Below are positions 39,006-49,180 of a stretch of 64,000 nt of DNA, in pieces; the stretch's first letter is position 1; each line of letters starts with the position of its first letter. The position numbers were made by a program, and so were the translations under genes. The DNA comes from Phycisphaerae bacterium (GTDB taxonomy: Bacteria; Planctomycetota; Phycisphaerae; UBA1845), in NCBI GenBank assembly GCA_963666835.2, contig CAXXGO010000006.1:704001-768000 (forward strand), read 5' to 3'. The notes below the pieces were generated by a model. The model saw only the letters and a list, made by a program, of their open reading frames with translations. It had not been told where the DNA came from and did not search any database.

Positions 39006-42000
39006 ATGTTCCTCAAACGCGCCACACTTTACGGTTTCAAGAGCTTCTGCGACCGGGTCGAGTTCGAGTTCGGTCCGGGGGTGACGTGTGTCGTTGGCCC
39101 CAACGGTTGCGGTAAGAGCAATCTCGTCGACGCTTTCAAATGGGTGCTGGGGGAGCAGTCGGCCAGGTCTCTCCGTGGCCGGCAAATGCTCGATATGGTC
39201 TTCAACGGGTCGAGCTCGCGCCGCAGCAGCAGTATGGCCCAGGTCGACCTGGTCTTCGACAACAGCGACCAGTCACTGCCGATCGACCACCACGAAGTAA
39301 CGATAACCCGCAAGCTCTACCGGTCCGGGGAAAGCGAGTATCTGCTCAACCGCGAAGCGAGCCGGCTGAAGGACATCCGCGAGCTTTTCATGGACACTGG
39401 GGTGGGCGTCGATGCCTACTCGGTCATCGAACAGGGCCGGGTTGACGGTCTTCTGCAGAGCAGCCCCACGGAACGACGGACCATCTTCGAAGAGGCGGCC
39501 GGAATCTCCAAATACAAAGCCCGGCGGCGCGAGGCGGAACGCAAGCTCGAGCGGACCCAGCAGAACCTGCTCCGGGTGGCGGACATTATCGAAGAGATGG
39601 AGAAACGGCTGCGCAGCGTCCGGCTGCAAGCCGGCAAAGCCCGCCGGTTCAAGGAGCACGAGGCTCGGCTGAACGAACTTAGATCGACCTTCTCCCTGGC
39701 AGAGTATCACCGGTTTACCGAAGAGATCGGCCGGTTGACCGGCGAGGCCCAAACGCGCACCGATCGGGCAACGGCACTCCGCACGGAAATAGACCGCAAC
39801 GAAGCGGAGAACTCCCAGGTTACTCTGCGGCTCGATCAACTGGCGGAGGAGATCAGCACCGCAGACAATCAGCTTGTTCAGGCCAAGTCCGACTTGGCGG
39901 CGCAGCAGGAGCGGATCGAGGCGGCCGGGCGTCGTGCTGAAGAACAGCAGGCTCTGCGCGGGCGGCTGCGGGAACGGCTGGCCACCGATGACCAGCGAAT
40001 GGCCGAAGCCCGGTCGGAACTGGACGAGGTGCAGCAGGCGGCAGTTGCCCTGCAGCAACAGACCCATGACCGGCAAGCGGAGATTGACGGGCTGCACGAA
40101 CGGGACCAGGCGCTGGCCCGCGAGTTGACCGAGGCGCAGGCTATCTTGGAGGACGAGAAAGCCGGCATTATCGACTTGCTCCGTCAAAGCGCGCAAACGC
40201 ATAATGAGATCATCCGTCTGAACACTCACCGAGAGTCGTTGCTTGGCCAAAAAGGGCGGCTCTCTCAGCGCGACGAGCAGATTTCCAGTGAGCTGGCGAT
40301 TCAACTTGAGCAGCGGGCTGCTTTGGAAATGCGTCTGCGCGAGGTCGAGGAACTGATCGCCGCAGAAACGCGGCGGCTCGAGGACAAGAAACGCGAAACC
40401 GCCCAGATGAGTGCCCTCCAACAGCGGCTCGAAGATGAACTAGCCTCTACGAGGGAGCGGCGTAGCGCTTTGCTCTCGCGTCGCGAGGTTCTGCAGGATC
40501 TCGAGCAACGCATGGAAGGTGTCGGGGCGGCCGTTCGCAGCATTATTGACGAACGGCAGATGGACGATGCCGCTGAGGAACTGGACTGCGTTGCCGGAAT
40601 CGTGGCGGAGCTTTTCGAGACGGATGTAGCCCACGTTCGCGTCATTGAGGCGGCTCTGGGAGATTCGGATCAGAATCTGGTCGTCACCGACACGTCCCGT
40701 TTCCTTAGCTACTTGGCGCGAACCGGGGAACTGCCCGGTCGACTGAACACGATCTGCCTGGACCGCTTACCGCCGCTGGTGAACGAGCGAGACTTCTCCT
40801 ATAAGCCGGGGTTCGTCACGCGGGCTTTGGATCTGGTGCGCTTCTCTCAAGAACACACGCAACTCGCCGGGCAATTGCTGGGCAAGACCGTGGTGGTGGA
40901 GAACCTCGCCGCTGCTCTGGAGATGGCGACCGATGACGTGGCCGGTCACCGGTTCGTGACGTTAGGCGGTGAAGTGATCGAGCCGGATGGGCGCGTTCGC
41001 GTCGGTCCGACTTCGTCGGGAGCGGGTCTGATCTCGCGTAAGAGTGAGCTGCGCGATATTGACAGTCAGATGACATCTATCGATGGACGGATTACATCGC
41101 TGGCCGACCAGCTTAATCGCACCCAGGCCGAAGTCCGCCATCTTGACGGCGTGCAGCAGGAACTGCGTACCGCTATCTACGAATCGAATACCGCCAAGGT
41201 GGAAGCCTCCGCCGCTCTGCAGAGTATTGCCGAGACCATCGAGCGGCTCACGAACGAGCAGCCCCTAATCACCCGGGAAGTGGAGTTCATCGAACAGCAG
41301 ATCAACGAAGTGCTCGAAAAGAGCGAGGAGGGCGGACGGTCTCTCCAGGAGTTAGAGCGTAGAAACAAGGAGCGCGAAGAAAGCGTCGAGAAGCATCAGC
41401 AGCGCATTGATGAAACCGTGGCGGCGCGGCGTGAGGTCCAGGAACAGCTTACCCAAGCTCGGGTCCAGATCGGTCAGCTTACCGAGAAGCGGGCCGCAGC
41501 CGCGGACCGAATCCATGCGTTGCGGCGCGGTATTCGGGAAGTCGAAGAGTCTTTGGTTACAGCCCGGCGCGACATCGAGCAATGTGCCACGCGGATCGAG
41601 GAAGCTGAAGCCACCATGTCCGCCGGCCGGGAGCAGCTCTCCGTGCTAGCCGATCGAATCGGTGAACTGGAAGGCAGGGCGGGGCGATTGAGAAACGAAC
41701 GGGATCAGCTCCGGCTCGATATGGACGGCCGAACCCAGGCCATCAAAGCCGCGCGCGGGCAGCTTGCGGCGTGCGAAGCTGAACTCCACGAGTATCAGAT
41801 GAGCCTCGCGGAGACGAATGTGCGGCGCCATGAACTGGTTACCCGCGTGCGCGACGAGTTGAACATCGACCTGGCCGCACGATACGAACAGTACGAACAC
41901 CAGGAGCAGGACTGGGAGGCCGTCGAGGCCGAGATCGCCGATCTACGCGGGAAGATGGACCGGCTCGGTAATGTCAACCTCGACGCCATCAGCGAGTTGC

Positions 42001-42572
42001 AGGAACTCGAGGAACGCCATACCTTCTTGAGCACCCAGCGAGACGATCTGACGGACTCGCAGCGACAGCTCGAGCAGTTGATTGCGATGCTCAATACGGA
42101 ATCTCGTGATCGGTTCAAGGCGGCTTTCGAGCAGATTCGCGAGCACTTCCGCGGTATGTTCCGCAAGCTGTTCGGCGGCGGGCGGGCGGACATCATCCTG
42201 GAGGACACGGAGGATGTTCTCGAATGCGGGATCGACATCGTCGCCCAGCCGCCGGGCAAGGAGCTGCAGTCCATCTCCTTGATGTCCGGTGGTGAGAAAT
42301 CGATGACGGCCATCGCCCTACTCATGAGCATCTTCAAGAGTCGCCCGGCCCCGTTCGCGTTCCTGGACGAGGTCGATGCTGCGCTGGACGAGGCGAACAA
42401 CGATCGATTCAATCGGATCATCCAGGAATTCGTAACGGAGTCACAGTTCATCGTCATTACGCACTCGAAGCGAACGATGAGTATCGGCGACCGCCTCTAC
42501 GGCATCACGATGCCCGAGCCGGGAGTGTCAACCCCGGTGAGCGTGCAGCTCGCCGACGTAAACGTAGCCTGA
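39006..42572 (+). CDS. smc: Chromosome segregation protein SMC
   Basis: GFKSF, GPNGCGKSN, coiled coils, hinge, MSGGEK, LDEVDAALD, ITH. Confidence 0.97.
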   Translation: MFLKRATLYGFKSFCDRVEFEFGPGVTCVVGPNGCGKSNLVDAFKWVLGEQSARSLRGRQMLDMVFNGSSSRRSSSMAQVDLVFDNSDQSLPIDHHEVTITRKLYRSGESEYLLNREASRLKDIRELFMDTGVGVDAYSVIEQGRVDGLLQSSPTERRTIFEEAAGISKYKARRREAERKLERTQQNLLRVADIIEEMEKRLRSVRLQAGKARRFKEHEARLNELRSTFSLAEYHRFTEEIGRLTGEAQTRTDRATALRTEIDRNEAENSQVTLRLDQLAEEISTADNQLVQAKSDLAAQQERIEAAGRRAEEQQALRGRLRERLATDDQRMAEARSELDEVQQAAVALQQQTHDRQAEIDGLHERDQALARELTEAQAILEDEKAGIIDLLRQSAQTHNEIIRLNTHRESLLGQKGRLSQRDEQISSELAIQLEQRAALEMRLREVEELIAAETRRLEDKKRETAQMSALQQRLEDELASTRERRSALLSRREVLQDLEQRMEGVGAAVRSIIDERQMDDAAEELDCVAGIVAELFETDVAHVRVIEAALGDSDQNLVVTDTSRFLSYLARTGELPGRLNTICLDRLPPLVNERDFSYKPGFVTRALDLVRFSQEHTQLAGQLLGKTVVVENLAAALEMATDDVAGHRFVTLGGEVIEPDGRVRVGPTSSGAGLISRKSELRDIDSQMTSIDGRITSLADQLNRTQAEVRHLDGVQQELRTAIYESNTAKVEASAALQSIAETIERLTNEQPLITREVEFIEQQINEVLEKSEEGGRSLQELERRNKEREESVEKHQQRIDETVAARREVQEQLTQARVQIGQLTEKRAAAADRIHALRRGIREVEESLVTARRDIEQCATRIEEAEATMSAGREQLSVLADRIGELEGRAGRLRNERDQLRLDMDGRTQAIKAARGQLAACEAELHEYQMSLAETNVRRHELVTRVRDELNIDLAARYEQYEHQEQDWEAVEAEIADLRGKMDRLGNVNLDAISELQELEERHTFLSTQRDDLTDSQRQLEQLIAMLNTESRDRFKAAFEQIREHFRGMFRKLFGGGRADIILEDTEDVLECGIDIVAQPPGKELQSISLMSGGEKSMTAIALLMSIFKSRPAPFAFLDEVDAALDEANNDRFNRIIQEFVTESQFIVITHSKRTMSIGDRLYGITMPEPGVSTPVSVQLADVNVA

Positions 42573-42676
42573 TAGGTCGGGATTGTCTCTTGACTCTCTC
42601 GGCACAAGAAGGCGGCCGGGCGATGGTGAACACCGAAGCGTGACCGGAGCATAATCAGGGAGCCTTGCGGGCAGCG

Positions 42677-43618
42677 ATGTTGCGTGATTACGCCAGTCTT
42701 TTACGCCCCAGTCAGTGGGTGAAGAACGTGGTCGTGTTCGCCGGACCGGTGGCGGCTTTGAAACTGGTCTCGGTAGAGTCGCTCGGGCAGGCGCTGATTG
42801 CTTTCGCCGCGTTCTGCCTGGTGGCTAGCGCCGGCTACGCTCTTAACGACGTGGTCGATCGTCGAGCCGACGCCGCCCACCCCGAGAAACGCGAGCGGCC
42901 CGTTGCCCGCGGGGCCATCACTCCAGCGGCCGCCTTAATCACCGGAGGTCTGTTACTGGCGGCCGCCTTGCTTTTGCCGGCGGTGTTTCTGAACCGCTCG
43001 GCGGCGTTGGTGGTCTTGCTCTACTTCCTTCTGACTTTGGCCTATTCGCTGGTCCTCAAGCGCCACATGATCATCGACGTCATCGTGATCGCTTCGGGGT
43101 TTGTCTTGCGGGCCTGGGCGGGCTCGCTGGCGGTCGGCGTAGTGACTTCCGAGTGGCTCGTGGTGTGTATGTTCACCTTGTGCCTGTTCATGGGGTTCGG
43201 CAAGCGGCGCTGTGAAGTGGCGATGATCGGTCGCGCCGAGGAAGCCGAGCAGCACCGGCGGACGCTGATTCGCTACACGCCCGACCTGCTCAATCACTTG
43301 ATTACGGTCTCCGCGGGTATCGCCATCGTGACCTTCCTGCTGTACACCATGGAACCATCGCGTAGCCCGGTTCCGTTCCACAAGGAACATCTGTTCTACA
43401 CCTTGCCGCTGGTCGTTTACGGGATCTTCCGTTTCGCCATGTTGACCGAGTTGGGCGCCTATGCCGGCCCGACGGAGATCATTCTGCGTGACAAGGCCTT
43501 CACGGCCACCGTGGCCCTTTGGGCAATAGCGGCGCTCGTTATCGTCTACCAAACGAGGTTGTTCGGCCCGGAAGGTCTGACCAGGCTGACCGGATGGATG
43601 GGGGCACCGGCACCATGA
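42677..43618 (+). CDS. UbiA-family decaprenyl-phosphate phosphoribosyltransferase-like protein
   Basis: LRPSQWVKN, Y.LND..D...D..HPEKR.RP..RG, AYSL.LK, GFVLR, GKRR.E. Confidence 0.88.
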   Translation: MLRDYASLLRPSQWVKNVVVFAGPVAALKLVSVESLGQALIAFAAFCLVASAGYALNDVVDRRADAAHPEKRERPVARGAITPAAALITGGLLLAAALLLPAVFLNRSAALVVLLYFLLTLAYSLVLKRHMIIDVIVIASGFVLRAWAGSLAVGVVTSEWLVVCMFTLCLFMGFGKRRCEVAMIGRAEEAEQHRRTLIRYTPDLLNHLITVSAGIAIVTFLLYTMEPSRSPVPFHKEHLFYTLPLVVYGIFRFAMLTELGAYAGPTEIILRDKAFTATVALWAIAALVIVYQTRLFGPEGLTRLTGWMGAPAP

Positions 43619-44916
43619 CTGATTCCACCGTAGCCGTAGTACGCACTTCTCCTGCAACCGTACTGGCCGACTACTATCGGCTCATGAACCTCGCGGGATA
43701 TCAAGATGTCGTGGCGAAGGATGTCGACACAGCTTTGAAGATCAACATAAGCTGGCATTTCTTCTACCCGGCCGCGTCGACGACGCCCTGGCAGTTGGAG
43801 GGTGTCATCCGCACTCTCAAGCGCGACGGCTACGACCCGAATCTGATCCACGGCTGCCACAACCGCACGGTGGTCATCGATGCCCGCTTGGGCGAGCGGG
43901 AGAATAAGCAGGTTGACGTCGTTGAAGCGCACGGGTTGCGCAACATCCACCTTTACGAAGAAGACGTTGAGTGGATCGACATTCGCGACGCGGTAGGCGA
44001 TCTGACCGAGAAGTTCTTGTGTCTCAACGAGGTGTATCCCAAGGGATTCAGCATACCCCGGCGGTTCATCGGTGAGAACATCATCCATCTTCCGACGGTT
44101 AAGACGCACGTGTTTACCACCACGACCGGCGCGATGAAGAACGCCTTCGGGGGGCTGCTCAACGAGCATCGGCATTGGACGCACCCGGTGATTCACGAGA
44201 CGCTCGTCGACCTGTTGATGATCCAGCAGAAGATCCACCGGGGCGTGTTCGCGGTTATGGACGGTACCTTCGTCGGCGACGGGCCCGGACCGCGCTGCAT
44301 GATCCCTCATGTGAAGAACGTGCTGTTGGCCTCGAGCGACCAGGTAGCGATTGACGCCGTCGCGGCCAAGCTGATGGGGTTCGATCCGCTCTCCGACATC
44401 AAGTTCATCCGCCTCGCCCACGAGCGCGGCCTTGGGTGCGGTGATCCGCGGGAAATCGAGATCGTTGGTGACGACGCGGCGGCACAAGAGAACTGGCACC
44501 TCGTCGGCCCGTTCAAGAAGATGACCTTCGCCGCCCGAATGCAGCATCTGATCTACTGGGGATGGCTCAAGGGCTTCTTGGAGTGGTCCCTCAAAACCTG
44601 GCTGGCGCCCTGGTCGTACATTGCCAGCGTTGTCTATCACGATACGTTCTGGTATCCCGCACACGGCAAACCGCAGATGCGCAAGGCCCTGAGCAGCGCG
44701 TGGGGGCGGCTCTTCCAGAACTTCGGCTCGGTTGATCCCGACGAGAACGGCTACCCTCAGGTCGGCAAGGACGAGCCCGGATTCGTACGCAGCACGGCCA
44801 AGCATATCGCGTTGGCTCTGCGGATTCTTTGGACGTGTATCAAAGAGGCTCCGGAGATCGCCGTGCGCCGACGCCGCCGGGTACTTTCGCAACGTCACTC
44901 GAAACCAATCGAGTAG
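43615..44916 (+). CDS. DUF362 domain protein
   Basis: LKIN, HLPTVKTH, TGAMKNAFG, DQVAIDA...MGFDP. Confidence 0.8.
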   Translation: MTDSTVAVVRTSPATVLADYYRLMNLAGYQDVVAKDVDTALKINISWHFFYPAASTTPWQLEGVIRTLKRDGYDPNLIHGCHNRTVVIDARLGERENKQVDVVEAHGLRNIHLYEEDVEWIDIRDAVGDLTEKFLCLNEVYPKGFSIPRRFIGENIIHLPTVKTHVFTTTTGAMKNAFGGLLNEHRHWTHPVIHETLVDLLMIQQKIHRGVFAVMDGTFVGDGPGPRCMIPHVKNVLLASSDQVAIDAVAAKLMGFDPLSDIKFIRLAHERGLGCGDPREIEIVGDDAAAQENWHLVGPFKKMTFAARMQHLIYWGWLKGFLEWSLKTWLAPWSYIASVVYHDTFWYPAHGKPQMRKALSSAWGRLFQNFGSVDPDENGYPQVGKDEPGFVRSTAKHIALALRILWTCIKEAPEIAVRRRRRVLSQRHSKPIE

Positions 44917-44948
44917 CGGCTGCGGCCGCACAGGAGGCTTTTCATATA

Positions 44949-45896
44949 ATGAGCGTACTGGTCACCGGCGGCGCGGGGTTCATCGGGTCTCATGTTTGCG
45001 AGGCGTTGTTGCGCGCCGGGTGCGAAGTTGTTGCCCTCGACTGTTTTGACGACTTCTACGACCCGGCGATAAAGCGCGCCAACTTGCACGGATGCCTGCA
45101 GTCGCCGCAATTCACGGCCGTCGAAGGCGATATTCGCGATGCGGATTGCGTCGACACCTTGCTGGCGAAACACCACGTCGAGACCGTTTTGCACTTTGCC
45201 GCCCGCGCCGGGGTGCGGCCTTCGATCGAGCAGCCGTTGCTGTACGAAAGCGTCAACGTCGGCGGGACCACGGTATTGCTGGAAGCGGCCCGCCGTAAGA
45301 ACGTCGGCAAGTTCATCTTCGCAAGCAGCTCGAGCGTGTACGGGAACAACGAGAAGGTCCCCTTCGCCGAGTCGGACAACGTCGATTTCCCAATCTCACC
45401 CTACGCCGCCACCAAGAAGGCCGCGGAGTTGCTCTGTCACAGTTTTCATCACCTGCACGGCATGGACATCACGTGTCTGCGGCTCTTCACCGTGTACGGG
45501 CCGCGACAGCGTCCCGACCTGGCGATCCACAAATTCGCCAGGCTGATCGAGCAGGGACTCCCCATCCCGGTTTTCGGCGACGGGAGTATGATGCGCGACT
45601 ACACGTTCATCGACGACATCGTCGACGGCGTACAGCGGGCAATGGAACGCTGCAGTGGGTTCCACATCTACAATCTCGGGCATAGCCGGCCGGTGAGCTT
45701 GTTCGACCTTATCGCCGCGTTGGAGCAAGCCCTCGGCAAAGATGCCCAGATCGAACATCTCCCCCTGCAGCCGGGCGATGTCCGGCGCACCTTTGCTGAC
45801 GTAATATTGTCACAGAAGGAACTCGGGTACGAGCCGTCCACGGCATTGGCGGACGGCCTGAGGAGCTTTGTAGATTGGCTTCGGCAACCCCGCTGA
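44949..45896 (+). CDS. NAD-dependent epimerase (UDP-glucuronate 4-epimerase-like)
   Basis: VTGGAGFIGSH, AGVRPS, ASSSSVYG, SPYAATKKA, FTVYGPRQRPD. Confidence 0.9.
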   Translation: MSVLVTGGAGFIGSHVCEALLRAGCEVVALDCFDDFYDPAIKRANLHGCLQSPQFTAVEGDIRDADCVDTLLAKHHVETVLHFAARAGVRPSIEQPLLYESVNVGGTTVLLEAARRKNVGKFIFASSSSVYGNNEKVPFAESDNVDFPISPYAATKKAAELLCHSFHHLHGMDITCLRLFTVYGPRQRPDLAIHKFARLIEQGLPIPVFGDGSMMRDYTFIDDIVDGVQRAMERCSGFHIYNLGHSRPVSLFDLIAALEQALGKDAQIEHLPLQPGDVRRTFADVILSQKELGYEPSTALADGLRSFVDWLRQPR

Positions 45897-45981
45897 CGGT
45901 GCCGCATTCCTTCGCCCCCCGCCGGGCACATCACCCTATCCCGGATCATTCATCCAAGCGAAGTATGCGTCGTGAACCAAT

Positions 45982-46006
45982 GTAGCGCCAGGGCTTGTCC
46001 CTGGCG
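45982..46006 (+). repeat. GTAG-type REP, family 3
   Basis: GTAGCGCCAGGG-CTTGT-CCCTGGCG; identical at 57259-57283, degenerate at ~62722-62746. Confidence 0.75.
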
Positions 46007-46106
46007 TCGAAGCTTCGGCGATAGTCCACCCTATTACGCAAGCCGCCTCCGGTACTCACGTAACCGGAGGCGGCTGAATGTCAAACCCAATGGTAATCCG
46101 ATGAGC

Positions 46107-48218
46107 TTATGGGTTCGGCCCGGTGAAGCCTTGCTCGAACCAGTAGTAATCGTAGAGATCGACGTCCCCGTCGTCGTCCACGTCGAAATCGCCACAAGTA
46201 CCCACGTTCACCGAAACCGTGTACTCACTCCAGTGATGAACGGCGCTGTTGCAGTTGACCTCGGCCTGATCGGTGACCAGCAATCGCAAAGTGTACGCAC
46301 ACGGCTCCAGGGACGTCGTGTCCCAGATGCCGAGGGAGCCGTCCACGATTGATGTCGTTCCCGAATCGATCGTTACCCAACCCGATGCGTCCCCGCCGGT
46401 GTACTGTAATCTCCAACTGGCGATATTGGCGTCGAAGGCCGTACCGATCACGTTCACCGCGCCTTCGACGTAGTCACAAGGCTCGGGGCTCGTGATTTCC
46501 GCGTCGGGCCAGGTATTGTCGATAACGACCTTGCGGTATTCCTCGGCCCCATTGCCGCAGTCATCGGTTGCCCGGGCGCGCAAGGCGTATTCCCCGTCCG
46601 GAAGACCGAGATCGATGGTCTCCCAATGGGCGATCGGGTCATTGATAACCGTTGCCGTGTAGACCGGCTGCGTCGGATCGACCGGATTCCATCCGGATCC
46701 ACCTTGCGGTAGGTATTCGACGTAGTATTCATCGAAGCAGTAATTGTCCCACGCAGTCCCATCAACGCAGACCGTACCGCCCAAGATGTCGCCCTCGTCG
46801 GGCTCGCGCACGGTCAGATTGTCGAACACCGTGCCGAGCCAGACCATGTTAACGGCCGTCGCGCTGTGCCCGCACGCATCGTTGACCGTCAGGCGGATCA
46901 GATAGTGCCCCTGCGCAAGCCCCGCGGCGTTCCACGTTCCGAGCAGGCCGTTGACGACCGGCGTTGTCCCCAGTTCGATCTCGTGCCAGGTCGCCTCCGT
47001 CACGCCGCGATACTCCAGCAAGTACTGGTCGAAGTTCGCGTCGTCGGCCGTGCCGATGATCTGCGTGGGATCACAGACACACGTGGCCGGCGGCGGGGCG
47101 AGAAGCTCCGCGATCGGCGGCACATCATCGTCGAAGCAGACATCAGGCGTACACAGGATATTGTCGATCCAGAATTCCTGACCGCCGATGCTCACTTCGT
47201 AGATGTTGCCCTCCAATACGATCCTACCGCAGCCGTTCCCCGGATTGGGCTCGTATACGTCTACGGTCACCCCGCCGACCATCGGTGGGAAATTGCTGAC
47301 ATAGGCTTCGCTGACACATTGCCCGTTAACGGTGAGATTGACGTTTCCACCGTATTCGCCGAAGTAGATCACCAAGTCCGTTAGCGGCTCGCCGTAATCG
47401 AACGCGACGTTCACGTTGTTGACCATCAGATCCTGTCCGGAACCGCAGGCCAAACCGTCATCATCGATCATCACGGACCCGTTCATGGTCGGGTTCGTGC
47501 AACTGCCTACATCCCAGTAGAACTCTTCAAGGTGCATGAGCACCCCGTTGGATGCAAAGCTGCCCCCGGCCGGGAACATCGTCCCCACGGGAACATCTTC
47601 GAACCTGATCGGACGGCAGCCGGGCTCGGTATACCGAACCGGACTCTTGACCAGCATCGTGGCCTTCTCGCCGGTAGTCAGTGCGATCGTGCACTTCCCA
47701 GCTTCCTCATACTCCACGGCCTCCGTTATGGCATGGAGGAACTTCGAATGCTGCGCGCCGTAGACCGGCGACTCATTGAACTGAAATCCGACAACCGATC
47801 CGCTGTTGCTCCGCCAGCCAGTATCCGGGGTGACCGTACCCACGCTCGTCGTGGAGTAATCCACGTCCGTCAGAAACGACGTTAATCCGGAGCACGCGAC
47901 CTCCGCCACCCGGCCGTTCAGCGCCCCGTTCGATCCGCGGACCTGCCTGACAAACGCCAGCGTTCCGGTGGCATCGAGGCGGACAATGCGGTCCCGCAAG
48001 GTTCCCTCGTACAAGAGTGTCCCGCCGCTGCTGTTAATCTGAAAGGGAATCGAGGTCTCGTGGATGACCGTCCCCGGACCGCATCCACCCGAAACGCCGG
48101 ACAAAGGCGCGCTGCCGCCGGGTGGCAGATCGACGGCCATGACCGCAACGGGCATTAATGTCGCCGCCAACAACATCACGAAACTGTGAACTCGAAGTAA
48201 TCTCGCATTTGTGTACAT
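46107..48218 (-). CDS. Secreted multidomain protein with three ~100-aa beta-rich repeats and a C-terminal dockerin/EF-hand-like motif
   Basis: Signal peptide; repeats GTA.D.N...Y.L.Y...W...L..G.Y.LRL.V.D; C-terminus GDFDVDDDGDVDLYDYYWFEQGFTGP. Confidence 0.75.
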   Translation of the reverse strand: MYTNARLLRVHSFVMLLAATLMPVAVMAVDLPPGGSAPLSGVSGGCGPGTVIHETSIPFQINSSGGTLLYEGTLRDRIVRLDATGTLAFVRQVRGSNGALNGRVAEVACSGLTSFLTDVDYSTTSVGTVTPDTGWRSNSGSVVGFQFNESPVYGAQHSKFLHAITEAVEYEEAGKCTIALTTGEKATMLVKSPVRYTEPGCRPIRFEDVPVGTMFPAGGSFASNGVLMHLEEFYWDVGSCTNPTMNGSVMIDDDGLACGSGQDLMVNNVNVAFDYGEPLTDLVIYFGEYGGNVNLTVNGQCVSEAYVSNFPPMVGGVTVDVYEPNPGNGCGRIVLEGNIYEVSIGGQEFWIDNILCTPDVCFDDDVPPIAELLAPPPATCVCDPTQIIGTADDANFDQYLLEYRGVTEATWHEIELGTTPVVNGLLGTWNAAGLAQGHYLIRLTVNDACGHSATAVNMVWLGTVFDNLTVREPDEGDILGGTVCVDGTAWDNYCFDEYYVEYLPQGGSGWNPVDPTQPVYTATVINDPIAHWETIDLGLPDGEYALRARATDDCGNGAEEYRKVVIDNTWPDAEITSPEPCDYVEGAVNVIGTAFDANIASWRLQYTGGDASGWVTIDSGTTSIVDGSLGIWDTTSLEPCAYTLRLLVTDQAEVNCNSAVHHWSEYTVSVNVGTCGDFDVDDDGDVDLYDYYWFEQGFTGPNP

Positions 48219-48513
48219 AAATCCTCTCCCCCGCAAAGGCCGGACTCCGCGCGGTATCCGGGCCGCGCGCATCGACTCGATGCCGACCTTGTGCGTTATT
48301 GCCAAAAACGAAGCGCAAAAGCAGCACATGCCTTTCCCCACGGATACCCCCCGGTGCGTTCGGCCCACGACGCCGCCAAGTGCATCCGCCCAGGGTCGCC
48401 CACTTGTCAACCCTGAACGATTGATCTTACCGGAACAGAGCGCCGGATTCAACCGGGTCGGTTTATCTGCCGCATCAAGGGGGTGCATCCCGTTTAGGGT
48501 GGCAAATCTCCGA

Positions 48514-48639
48514 GCGGGTGCCCCGTCCATGCCGGCGTTTGCCACGCCGGAACGTTGCATCGCGCCGCCGCCAGCATGGGTGGGGGACGGATTGCGGTCC
48601 TGAAGTTACGTAGGGCACGGTCGAGACACGAGACCTGCC
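48514..48639. repeat. Family D repeat (rc) followed by a GTAG-REP
   Basis: GCGGGTGCCCCGTCCATGCCGGC...GCATGGGTGGGGGACGG; GTAGGGCACGGTCGAGACACGAGACCTGCC at 48610-48639. Confidence 0.75.
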
Positions 48640-49180
48640 TCGAAGGTGCGCGTCATGTAGAGGTCGCGGAAGAAGGCGCGTGTCGTGCGAGGGTGTGCCG
48701 CCCACGACGGGCCGGGTCCGAAACGCCTGGAGGCCCCCCCCAGACTTATGCCGTGGGGCTGGATGGGCTGTCGCTCCAAACGACTCAATGCCGGCCTCTC
48801 ACAACATGATCGAAGTCGCGTATGGCAGATTTGTACGATTTTCGCCCACGGCAACGGCTTACGCTGGCGACAGGACGTTCCGGCCGTGCAAAGCTATCGT
48901 GTCGGTTGTCGCGGCGAGCGCACTCGACAACACAGGCCAGATCGGCACTCGTCTCGTTGGCCAACATGAAAAAAACCTCAGCTTTATCCTTGTCGTAGCA
49001 GGTTTCGGGGTGTATTATGCTTCGGAGGGGTCCGCTAATCCTCCGTGCCTCAGGGGTCCTATGTGCGGTTTGTCTCGAAGATCAGCCAAGGGTAAAGAAC
49101 CGCGCCTCGGCCCATTGGTAATTTGGACCGACGTCTTTAAGTTCATATTGGGTTACTTAAACGGGCAAGGGGCAAACACG

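Noticed and set aside
48219..49180. Long N-terminal extensions of the 46107 and 48680 ORFs
   Set aside because: Extensions run through repeat and promoter DNA; signal peptides indicate starts at 48218 and 49181.
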